DNA of 64,000 nucleotides from Candidatus Woesearchaeota archaeon (lineage in GTDB: Archaea > Nanobdellota > Nanobdellia > Pacearchaeales > GW2011-AR1). The DNA lies in assembly GCA_964533515.1 (NCBI GenBank), contig CAZHMB010000001.1, forward strand, positions 8,640 through 72,639, written 5' to 3'. A program made the position numbers and the translations under genes. Shown here piece by piece: positions 36,580-43,999 of this stretch (its first letter is position 1; each line of letters opens with the position of its first letter). Under the pieces are notes generated by a model that worked only from the letters and a program-made list of their open reading frames with translations, was not told where the DNA came from and made no database searches.

Positions 36580-36691
36580 AGCCTGCGCTGAGGATTGAAC
36601 TCAGGATAACCTAAAGGTCACGAGAACCCCTTCTGACGAAGAGGGCCTCTTCGTTACCAACGAAACGCTCTACCAACTGAGCTACACGGCC
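36580..36691 (-). tRNA. aberrant tRNA-Thr (GGU)-like gene with ~39-nt insertion in the variable-loop region and mismatched acceptor stem
   Basis: 5' part is canonical: GGCCGUG-UA-GCUC-AGUUGGUA-GAGC-G-UUUCG-UUGGUAA-CGAAG, anticodon GGU. 3' end has a canonical T arm CUGAG-UUCAAUC-CUCAG followed by CGCAGGC-U. Between them is an insertion that contains a 7-bp hairpin, CCUCUUC-GUCA-GAAGGGG. An intron at 46/47 would leave variable loop AGGUC. Only 5 of 7 acceptor pairs form. TATA ttttttatag lies 22-31 nt upstream. Confidence 0.45.
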
Positions 36692-36730
36692 TAAGAGATA
36701 AAGAAAATTAACACTATAAAAAACTTACAC

Positions 36731-37060
36731 TTATTTGTTGGCAAGTTTCATTATGAATAAAACCAATAAAACAATCAAGAAAGCCAGATCTATAACCCCG
36801 AAGATTATTACCAAAAGCATAAATATGTTTGACAAGAGAACATTGGCGATTGCCATCGATATTAAATAAGAGACTAAAGAAAGAACCAAAAATAGAATAA
36901 AATTTTTGAGAGCTATTTTTAGTTTTCTTGGGGTTGATCTCGCATAAACTTTTTTAGATTTTTTCGGAGACTTCTTTACTTTTTTTGAAGCCAGTTTGCT
37001 CTTTGATTTTTTCACAACCTTCTTGGAAACTTTCTTTTTTGTCACCTTCTTTTTTGCCAT
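36731..37060 (-). CDS. membrane protein with K-rich N-terminal tail (KKKVTKKKVSKK...)
   Basis: 109 aa. ~45-aa poly-Lys/Ser basic N-terminus followed by 2 TM helices. Confidence 0.4.
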   Translation of the reverse strand: MAKKKVTKKKVSKKVVKKSKSKLASKKVKKSPKKSKKVYARSTPRKLKIALKNFILFLVLSLVSYLISMAIANVLLSNIFMLLVIIFGVIDLAFLIVLLVLFIMKLANK

Positions 37061-37101
37061 CTTATGTAATTAGATAGTAGCTCTCTTTTTTAAATGTTTC
37101 T

Positions 37102-37434
37102 TTATTCGTTATCGGAAGTGAAATTTTCTCCGTCATCCTTCCAATCTAATTTAACTGCGTGGGAGGTTATTGATTTGAAATTTCCGAAAAGCGCCCCGAC
37201 CCAAACGAAGTATAATCTTCCTGCCTCTGTTAAACCTTCTACAGACTTTAAATCAACCTCATGAGTGTTAATTATCGCAGAAAAACTAAAATAAGTAAAT
37301 AATATTAGGCAGATTAAGAAGATAGCGAAAATTTTATGTTTTAATCTCTTTAACTCGATGATTGTCCAGATCGCTACCACTAATACCCCCACAACTAAAA
37401 GAGTCACCCCGATTACCATGTTTGGATAATACAA
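37102..37434 (-). CDS. small membrane protein, hypothetical
   Basis: 110 aa with 3 TM helices. Confidence 0.35.
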   Translation of the reverse strand: MYYPNMVIGVTLLVVGVLVVAIWTIIELKRLKHKIFAIFLICLILFTYFSFSAIINTHEVDLKSVEGLTEAGRLYFVWVGALFGNFKSITSHAVKLDWKDDGENFTSDNE

Positions 37435-37602
37435 AGAAGATTTATAAATTTATTGCAAGGCATAGCCCACCAGTTCTCGCACTTGACTAAGCAGTTATCA
37501 CAATACTAATTTGTCTCTTAGCCAAATGCTCGTCGAACCTTCAGGTTCTCATTCCTAGAATATTTGGTGATACTATTTCGCCTTCGCTCAATAGCATTCG
37601 AA

Positions 37603-37737
37603 TAGCCCCACCAGGATTCGAACCTGGGTCAACAGGTATTCCCAAGCTCGCTCGCGTTATCAACGCACGCAAATTTAATCGTGCTCGCGAACTTGCTCAC
37701 CAGAACCTGTCATACTTGACCGCTGTACTATGGGGCT
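37603..37737 (-). tRNA. tRNA-Gln (CUG) with 62-nt intron after position 37
   Basis: Exon 1 (37737..37700): AGCCCCA-UA-GUAC-AGCGGUCAA-GUAU-G-ACAGG-UUCUGG. Exon 2 (37637..37603): A-CCUGU-UGAC-CCAGG-UUCGAAU-CCUGG-UGGGGCU-A. Perfect acceptor and anticodon stems. TATA attttttaaa lies 24-33 nt upstream. Confidence 0.7.
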
Positions 37738-37779
37738 CTAAAAATTATAAAAAGCGCTTGTTTAAAAAATCTTCTAAAA

Positions 37780-39273
37780 CTAAAAACTGCTAAATCCTGT
37801 GGCTTCCTGAAATCTATAAAGGAGATACTTTCCTCTTGAAGAATCTTCGTATTTTGAAAAATCCGCGGTGAAATCCCCTAACTTATTTTCCCAGAGCATT
37901 TCAAAATAATCTTCTATCTCTTTTGATAAAATTGTCTCTTCAGGAGAAGATACTTTTACGTTCATCTCAAGATTAAAGTTTCCGATGTTTCTTTTTGTTA
38001 AATTTGCGCTGCCCAAATATACAATTATTGAACCATCTGATTTTCTTAAAATGATCATCTTGCTGTGAAACTGTTCTCCCTGAGTGTCATACCACCGGAT
38101 CTTTATTTTTCCTTTCGATTTTTTTACCAGCTCAAAAGCCGCCGGCCGATTTGGCACTCCGTTTTTCTCTCTCGCAAAAGCATCTTTGTTGGGATCCAAG
38201 ATTAATCTAACTTCAACACCCCTCTCTGACGCACCCAATATTGAACGAATTATTTTTCTGTCTGAGAAGTAAAACATTGCGATCTCTAATTCTTCTCCAG
38301 CTTCAAGAGAATCTATATCCTTAACCAAATTTTCTCTTATTTTTCCTTCAGTGAATAATTGAACTTGTATGTTTCCGGAATTATTTTCTTCTGAAAATTT
38401 AGAAACGTCAAAATCTATTTTACTTCCAGAAAATTCGGCTACAGCTTTTTCAGTATCTAGGACATCTTTCCAAATTCCTTTTTTTATTAAAATTCCTATA
38501 TTGCTATGTTTACTGCTTGCTTCATGAGGGTTGGCAGAAGTCACTATCGTATAAACCTCTGATCCCTTTTCAGCGTCGGCTATTATCACTTTTCTGTGAT
38601 TCGCTTTTGTATTCATCAATTTAAGGACAGATCTTAATGTAACTTTTCTTTCTGAATTTCCTAAAAGATGATTTATCCAACCTTTTCCTGAAGTTCCAAA
38701 CCATTGAAAATATGCCCGATATAATCCTGCGTAAACAAAGTTTAAATCCCGCATTTTGTTTAAATCTGTTATGACCACCTCAATGCCTGCATCTTTCATT
38801 TCTTTGAGTTCATCTGAAGTATAAGAACCATAAAAATTATTTATTGGGTCTGTTATAAAAAAGACTTTCAGTTCCGGGTTAGATTTTTTTTGCTTTATCA
38901 AAAGGTTTTTCATATCAGTTGTTAGATTTTTATAACGAACGTTCTCAGAATAATCTGTATTGAATAAAAACATGTCTATAACAATAAATTTTTCCGCTTT
39001 ACGAATCATCTCAAAGACGTTGTCAAATATTTCTTGTTCTATTACTGTTTGATTGTCTTTTAAATAATTGAGATCGTGGAGAAATTCGATTTCGCCCTCT
39101 GAAACATTGTAGATCTGTCCTTCTACATTTATCCCTTTTGGAAGAGGGTAGAATCTAGAATATATTGAAACTAGAATCCAGATTATCAGCAAACCTAAAA
39201 GTATATATCCAATCATCTTCCTTTTTGAAACTCTTTTTCCATTTTTTTTATCTGAACTCATTTTCAAATTCAA
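37780..39273 (-). CDS. phospholipase D-family protein (two HKD motifs, cardiolipin/phosphatidyl-transferase-like), N-terminal TM anchor
   Basis: 497 aa. HKD motifs HRKVIIADAEKGSEVYTIVTSANPHEASS and HSKMIILRKSDGSIIVYLGSANLTKRN. Confidence 0.7.
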   Translation of the reverse strand: MNLKMSSDKKNGKRVSKRKMIGYILLGLLIIWILVSIYSRFYPLPKGINVEGQIYNVSEGEIEFLHDLNYLKDNQTVIEQEIFDNVFEMIRKAEKFIVIDMFLFNTDYSENVRYKNLTTDMKNLLIKQKKSNPELKVFFITDPINNFYGSYTSDELKEMKDAGIEVVITDLNKMRDLNFVYAGLYRAYFQWFGTSGKGWINHLLGNSERKVTLRSVLKLMNTKANHRKVIIADAEKGSEVYTIVTSANPHEASSKHSNIGILIKKGIWKDVLDTEKAVAEFSGSKIDFDVSKFSEENNSGNIQVQLFTEGKIRENLVKDIDSLEAGEELEIAMFYFSDRKIIRSILGASERGVEVRLILDPNKDAFAREKNGVPNRPAAFELVKKSKGKIKIRWYDTQGEQFHSKMIILRKSDGSIIVYLGSANLTKRNIGNFNLEMNVKVSSPEETILSKEIEDYFEMLWENKLGDFTADFSKYEDSSRGKYLLYRFQEATGFSSF

Positions 39274-40303
39274 TTATATTTCTGATTGCCTCCTCTTTTT
39301 CGTAATCACTTAATAGAACATAGTTTGATATTTTAAAGATAACTAATTCCTTTTTATCGCTTGAGACCTTTTCATAAACCAGCTTGGAGCTTTTTACATC
39401 TACAGTATCGTCGTTTTTTGATTGTTGGATTAAAATTGGATTTGAAATCTTATTTAGGTTAGCTTCAACTAATTTTATGTCTTTGAAGGAATTCTTTAGT
39501 GATTGCCAAGGTAAGTTTTTGTATCCAATAAAACTTTTTAGTCCTTCTGGAGAATTTATTTGCGCGGGATCTCCTTTCTTTTTGAAAACGATTATATCTG
39601 CAAAAATATTTATTATTGTCTCTTTCTTCAGGACATTCCACCACTTGTATCTTAATCGGATAAACGGGGAGATTAAATAAATTCTTTGAATTTTATCTTC
39701 TCCAGAATGTTCTTCTGCAAGTTTTAAAGCCAGTGCACCTCCAAAACTAAAGCCCACCAGATTAATCTTTGAACATTCCTGATCAAGAGACTTGTAATCT
39801 CCTTCTGCTTGGGCGTACCAATCTGAAAAACTTAAACCTAATAGTTTGCTTGGGATTTCTCCATGCCCTTTTAACCTTGGAACAGAAACATAATCTCCAA
39901 ATTCTGAATTAATCTCCTTGCTTAGTCCTTTGAAATCATTTGGTGTAGAGCCATATCCATGAATCATTAACCAACAGGTTTCTTTGTCTCCAGGAAGATA
40001 AAATTCCTCCGCACCGGCAATTGTCCCAGCCATCGAATAGTCCCAATATTCTAAATCCCTTTCATCAATTTTTTCAGATTGCAAAAATCCTGTTTTGAGA
40101 TACAATGAAAAAAAGATTATGCCGATTAAGAAAACTACTGCTACAAGAAAAAAGGTAATCTTCTTTTTTCTAGAACTCCGTTCCTTTTTCCCTCTTTTTT
40201 TCATAGAATCATCAAAGAAGAAGAGTTTAAAATTGTTTTGAAAAGAAAGGTTTTTAAGTTGTGCGGGTTTGATTTTGGCATGCCCTCGTAGTACAGAGGC
40301 CAA
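39248..40303 (-). CDS. membrane-anchored alpha/beta hydrolase
   Basis: 351 aa. N-terminal TM. Nucleophile elbow GFSFGGALA (GxSxG) and Asp/His later in the sequence. Confidence 0.6.
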   Translation of the reverse strand: MASVLRGHAKIKPAQLKNLSFQNNFKLFFFDDSMKKRGKKERSSRKKKITFFLVAVVFLIGIIFFSLYLKTGFLQSEKIDERDLEYWDYSMAGTIAGAEEFYLPGDKETCWLMIHGYGSTPNDFKGLSKEINSEFGDYVSVPRLKGHGEIPSKLLGLSFSDWYAQAEGDYKSLDQECSKINLVGFSFGGALALKLAEEHSGEDKIQRIYLISPFIRLRYKWWNVLKKETIINIFADIIVFKKKGDPAQINSPEGLKSFIGYKNLPWQSLKNSFKDIKLVEANLNKISNPILIQQSKNDDTVDVKSSKLVYEKVSSDKKELVIFKISNYVLLSDYEKEEAIRNIIEFENEFR

Positions 40304-40451
40304 GTATGCCGCCCTCTCAAATTGCCGGAGTTTTAATCGATGAGATAAAAATTCCTATCCTCTCAAGGAAAGGCATTTTGTTTTAGCTCCAAAGAATTTT
40401 TCGGGAGCACGGAGAACGGCGGTGACCCGAGTTCGAATCTCGGCGAGGGCG
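40282..40451 (+). tRNA. tRNA-Glu (CUC) with 97-nt intron after position 37
   Basis: Exon 1 (40282..40319): GCCCUCG-UA-GUAC-AGAGGCCAA-GUAU-G-CCGCC-CUCUCA. Exon 2 (40417..40451): C-GGCGG-UGAC-CCGAG-UUCGAAU-CUCGG-CGAGGGC-G. D arm almost identical to tRNA-Gln. TATA tttttaag lies about 27 nt upstream. Confidence 0.7.
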
Positions 40452-40461
40452 TTTTAATCAA

Positions 40462-41130
40462 ATGAAAAATTCTTATGAAAAAAATATCCCTAAGGTCATG
40501 GGTGTTCTAGAAAAACATTTTAATGCATATGAAAGGACAACTTTGAATCGGATGCGAAAACATAAAACTAAATCTCCATTCAAGATTCTTATTTCATGTT
40601 TGTTGAGCTTGAGATCTCGAGACGAAAATACTGAAAAAGTTTCCAAGCAATTATTTCGCATTGCTGACACTCCTAAAAAGATTATTAAACTCCCATTGAA
40701 AAAACTTGAAAAATTAATTTTCAGTTCGGGGCATTATCATAAAAAAGCTTTGACTTTGAAATCTGTTTCAAAAGATTTGATAAAAATTTTCAAAGGAAAA
40801 GTTCCGCAGACACGAGAGGAACTTTTGTCTATGAGAGGAATTGGTCCGAAAACAGCTAATATCGTCTTGAATTTTGCATTTGGCCAATCAGTAATTCCTG
40901 TCGATGTTCATTGCCATAGAATTCCAAATCGTTTGGGCTGGGTTAAAACAAAAACCGCCGAAAAAACAGAGGGAGAACTTGTTAAAACTATTCCTAAAAA
41001 ATATTGGAAAGAGTTCAATGGTGTTTTTGTTCTATTTGGAAGAACAATATGCCAACCCGTTTCTCCCTGGTGTAGCAAATGTCCTGTAAGGAAATATTGT
41101 CCAAGAATCGGTGTTGGAAGAAGTAGGTGA
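40462..41130 (+). CDS. nth: endonuclease III / HhH-GPD DNA glycosylase with [4Fe-4S] cluster loop
   Basis: 222 aa. HhH-GPD region LLSMRGIGPKTANIV plus CQPVSPWCSKCPVRKYC (Cx6Cx2Cx5C). Confidence 0.75.
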   Translation: MKNSYEKNIPKVMGVLEKHFNAYERTTLNRMRKHKTKSPFKILISCLLSLRSRDENTEKVSKQLFRIADTPKKIIKLPLKKLEKLIFSSGHYHKKALTLKSVSKDLIKIFKGKVPQTREELLSMRGIGPKTANIVLNFAFGQSVIPVDVHCHRIPNRLGWVKTKTAEKTEGELVKTIPKKYWKEFNGVFVLFGRTICQPVSPWCSKCPVRKYCPRIGVGRSR

Positions 41131-41147
41131 ATATATATTTTACTAAA

Positions 41148-41876
41148 CTATCTTGCCAAACCTGCCTCGGATAAACTCAATAATCCAATAAAGCTTCTCC
41201 AAACCTTTTTTCTAGAATGTTTAAAATCCGTTGCCAAGCGGTATACCCACTCCAGACCAATGGCCTGAATTAAACCGCTTTGTTCTTTCTTTTTCTCAAG
41301 AAAAAAATCTAATGCTGCCCCGACATTGAGGAACGATGCCCTTCCGGTTCTTTTGAATAGGGCTGATGTTAAAATGTTCTGCTTTGGACAACCGACACCG
41401 ACCCAAACATAATCTATCTTTTTGCTGCGGATTAACCCCACCATCTTATCTATTTCCCCCTCAGAGAACTCTATTCCATTAATAAACGGGGGATTGTAAC
41501 TCCAGATGTTCTGCCTAGATAAATGTGGAAATTTCTTGCTCATTCTCTCCAAATCTTCTTTTTCTAGGCCAATGAATAAATGTTTTTTCCCTCCAGAATA
41601 CTCTGGATTACTTAAAAAGAGCTTTGTAAAAACAGGCCCCCTAAATCGATTAACAGCCCGGAGGTACCTTAAGCCTAAAAATAAAGATACTAAAAATCCA
41701 TCTATAAAATTTATATTTTGCTTCTCTAAAAGAGATTTTCTAAACTGAGGTTCTTTATTAAACCAATATAGATCATGATTATTTAAGAAGTTTAGAGAGC
41801 GTCTTTTTTTCTCTTTCCCTAAACTACTCATAACTCTTTCCCCCCCTTTACTGGTTACAAAAATTAATTTGGGCAT
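41148..41876 (-). CDS. WecB/TagA/CpsF-family glycosyltransferase (GT26)
   Basis: 242 aa. VWVGVGCPKQNIL matches the GLGSPKQE signature of N-acetylmannosaminyl/UDP-ManNAcA transferases. Confidence 0.65.
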   Translation of the reverse strand: MPKLIFVTSKGGERVMSSLGKEKKRRSLNFLNNHDLYWFNKEPQFRKSLLEKQNINFIDGFLVSLFLGLRYLRAVNRFRGPVFTKLFLSNPEYSGGKKHLFIGLEKEDLERMSKKFPHLSRQNIWSYNPPFINGIEFSEGEIDKMVGLIRSKKIDYVWVGVGCPKQNILTSALFKRTGRASFLNVGAALDFFLEKKKEQSGLIQAIGLEWVYRLATDFKHSRKKVWRSFIGLLSLSEAGLAR

Positions 41877-41899
41877 GTTTTTACTGATTAACTAAGGAA

Positions 41900-42886
41900 T
41901 TAATCTTTATTATTCTTTTCTACCTGTTCCTTAATCCAAGCATAAGTTTTTTCCATCCCATTTCTTAAAGGATAGTCTGGGGCCCAGCCAAGTTTTTCCT
42001 TTATTAAAGAATTTTCTGAATTTCTTCCCCTTACTCCTAAGGGACCTTCGATATGCTTTATTAAAATTTTCTTTCCTGCAATTTCTGCAGCCATCTCAGC
42101 TAATCTATTAATAGAAACTTTTTCATCAGAGCCTATATTAACTGGGCCTATGAGGCCAGAGTCCATTAACCTTCTTATACCTTCAAGGCATTCGTCAATA
42201 TATAAAAATGAACGTGTCTGTTCACCATCTCCCCACATCTCCAGTACCCCTCCTTCTGCAGGGGCCATTGCAACCTTTCGGCACATCGCGGCTGGTGCTT
42301 TCTCCCTTCCATCGTTCCAAGAACCTTCTGGACCAAAAATGTTATGAAATCTTGCTATTCTTACTTGTATTCCCTTATTTCTGTAGTAGGAAAGGAACAG
42401 ATGCTCGCTAAATAATTTCTCCCAACCGTATTCGCTGTCGGGATCGGCAGGATAGGCAGCAGATTCTTTTAGGCCAGTTATCCCCGGATCCTCTTGAGCA
42501 TATTCGGGATATACGCACGCAGAAGAAGAATAAAATATTTTTTTTACATTTCTTTTATAAGATTCATCAAGAACGTTTAAATTTATCGTTGCTGAATTGT
42601 GCATTATTTCTGCATCATTCTCTCCAGTAAATACAAATCCTGCCCCCCCCATGTCTGCTGCTAATTGATAAACTTCGTCGAATCCTTGATCGATAACTCT
42701 TTGAACAACATTTAAATCCCTTAAGTCCCCTACAATAAAATCGTCTGCTTCCGTCTTTGCATATCTCGGAAATTTCAAATCTACTCCCCTCACCCAAAAA
42801 CCTTTTTTCTTTAGAAATTTCACTAGGTGACTTCCAATGAAACCTCCAGCTCCACAAACCAACGCTGTTTTTTGTTGTGTTTCCAT
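41900..42886 (-). CDS. NAD-dependent sugar-nucleotide epimerase, GDP-mannose 3,5-epimerase-like (SDR extended family)
   Basis: 328 aa. Rossmann motif GAGGFIGSHL. LAADMGGAGFV and SSACVYPE closely match the GME signatures LAADMGGMGFI and SSACIYPE. Confidence 0.55.
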   Translation of the reverse strand: METQQKTALVCGAGGFIGSHLVKFLKKKGFWVRGVDLKFPRYAKTEADDFIVGDLRDLNVVQRVIDQGFDEVYQLAADMGGAGFVFTGENDAEIMHNSATINLNVLDESYKRNVKKIFYSSSACVYPEYAQEDPGITGLKESAAYPADPDSEYGWEKLFSEHLFLSYYRNKGIQVRIARFHNIFGPEGSWNDGREKAPAAMCRKVAMAPAEGGVLEMWGDGEQTRSFLYIDECLEGIRRLMDSGLIGPVNIGSDEKVSINRLAEMAAEIAGKKILIKHIEGPLGVRGRNSENSLIKEKLGWAPDYPLRNGMEKTYAWIKEQVEKNNKD

Positions 42887-42980
42887 GCTTTAATCAAAAT
42901 AATTCTGTTTATAAAGATTCTGAACTAAAAATATATAGTTAAACTACTTTTATCAAATGAGCAAAGCTTAAATAATTGAA

Positions 42981-43682
42981 TTGGTTTCTGAAAGAATGTT
43001 AGTTGAATGGATACTTGCTAATAGGGAATTGTTGCAGATAGTTTATGCTCTCGTCATCGGTTTTGTGTGCTCGATGATTGTCCTAGAGACTGATAGGATG
43101 TTTAAGATTAGTGATTATCAGGGGCTAAGATATTTTAGAAATTCCTTTTTCTTCTATGGGCTAGCTTTTATAGTTAGATTTATTCTGGGGAATTCTCTTT
43201 TTGTAAATCTGTCTTCTAATTATTTTCTAGGAACAAATTTCTTTTTTGAGTTTTTTATAAATCTTGCAGGTTTATTTTTGCTTTATAGTCTAATATGGAA
43301 AAAGATGGAAACTGAGAAAAAACACCATTCACTTTTGAACATCAATGCGGCAGTTTTGTATCTGGTTGCTTTTCTGATAGCGATGTTGGACCTCATGCTA
43401 GGCACTAATTTGTACCTTTATTCATCTCAAGTAATTCTCTTCTTGATAATGGGAATAATCAGCTATAGAAATTATTCAAAAAACAAAGGTCCGAATAATC
43501 TTTCTAAACTTCATTTTTTTACAATCAGCGTTGGTCTTCTTGTTTGGATTGCTAATTTTGTTGTAAATTATTTCCTCCCCCAAAATAATCCGTTAAAAAT
43601 TGTTGCATACTTTATCAACCTTGTTTTCTTTTTATTATTTCTATATGGAACAATTAAATTGATCCGGAAGAAAAATGGCTAG
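42981..43682 (+). CDS. polytopic membrane protein, hypothetical
   Basis: 233 aa with about 6 TM helices. Confidence 0.35.
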   Translation: MVSERMLVEWILANRELLQIVYALVIGFVCSMIVLETDRMFKISDYQGLRYFRNSFFFYGLAFIVRFILGNSLFVNLSSNYFLGTNFFFEFFINLAGLFLLYSLIWKKMETEKKHHSLLNINAAVLYLVAFLIAMLDLMLGTNLYLYSSQVILFLIMGIISYRNYSKNKGPNNLSKLHFFTISVGLLVWIANFVVNYFLPQNNPLKIVAYFINLVFFLLFLYGTIKLIRKKNG

Positions 43683-43944
43683 AAAGCGAAATCGTTTAGA
43701 GATTATTAGAGACATATTAAAGATAACTAACGAGAAAGGGAGAATTCCTCCCACACGACTAATCCACTCAACAAATTTATCCCCTCAAATGTTCAAAGAG
43801 TATATCTTAGAATTGACAGCCAAGGGACTTATCTTAGAGAAACATGAAAAAAATAAAAGATATTTTGCTTTGACAAAAAAGGGTGTTACTTATTTGGAAG
43901 AGTATCGAGCTTTCTCTAATCTTATCGAGAATTTCGGTTTATAG
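43675..43944 (+). CDS. small winged-helix DNA-binding protein
   Basis: 89 aa with HTH and wing layout. Overlaps the previous ORF by 8 nt. Confidence 0.4.
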   Translation: MARKRNRLEIIRDILKITNEKGRIPPTRLIHSTNLSPQMFKEYILELTAKGLILEKHEKNKRYFALTKKGVTYLEEYRAFSNLIENFGL

Positions 43945-43999
43945 ATTCGTGGAGATGGCCGACCGAAGGGTTTTAAAATAAAAACATTCATATTCTAAC

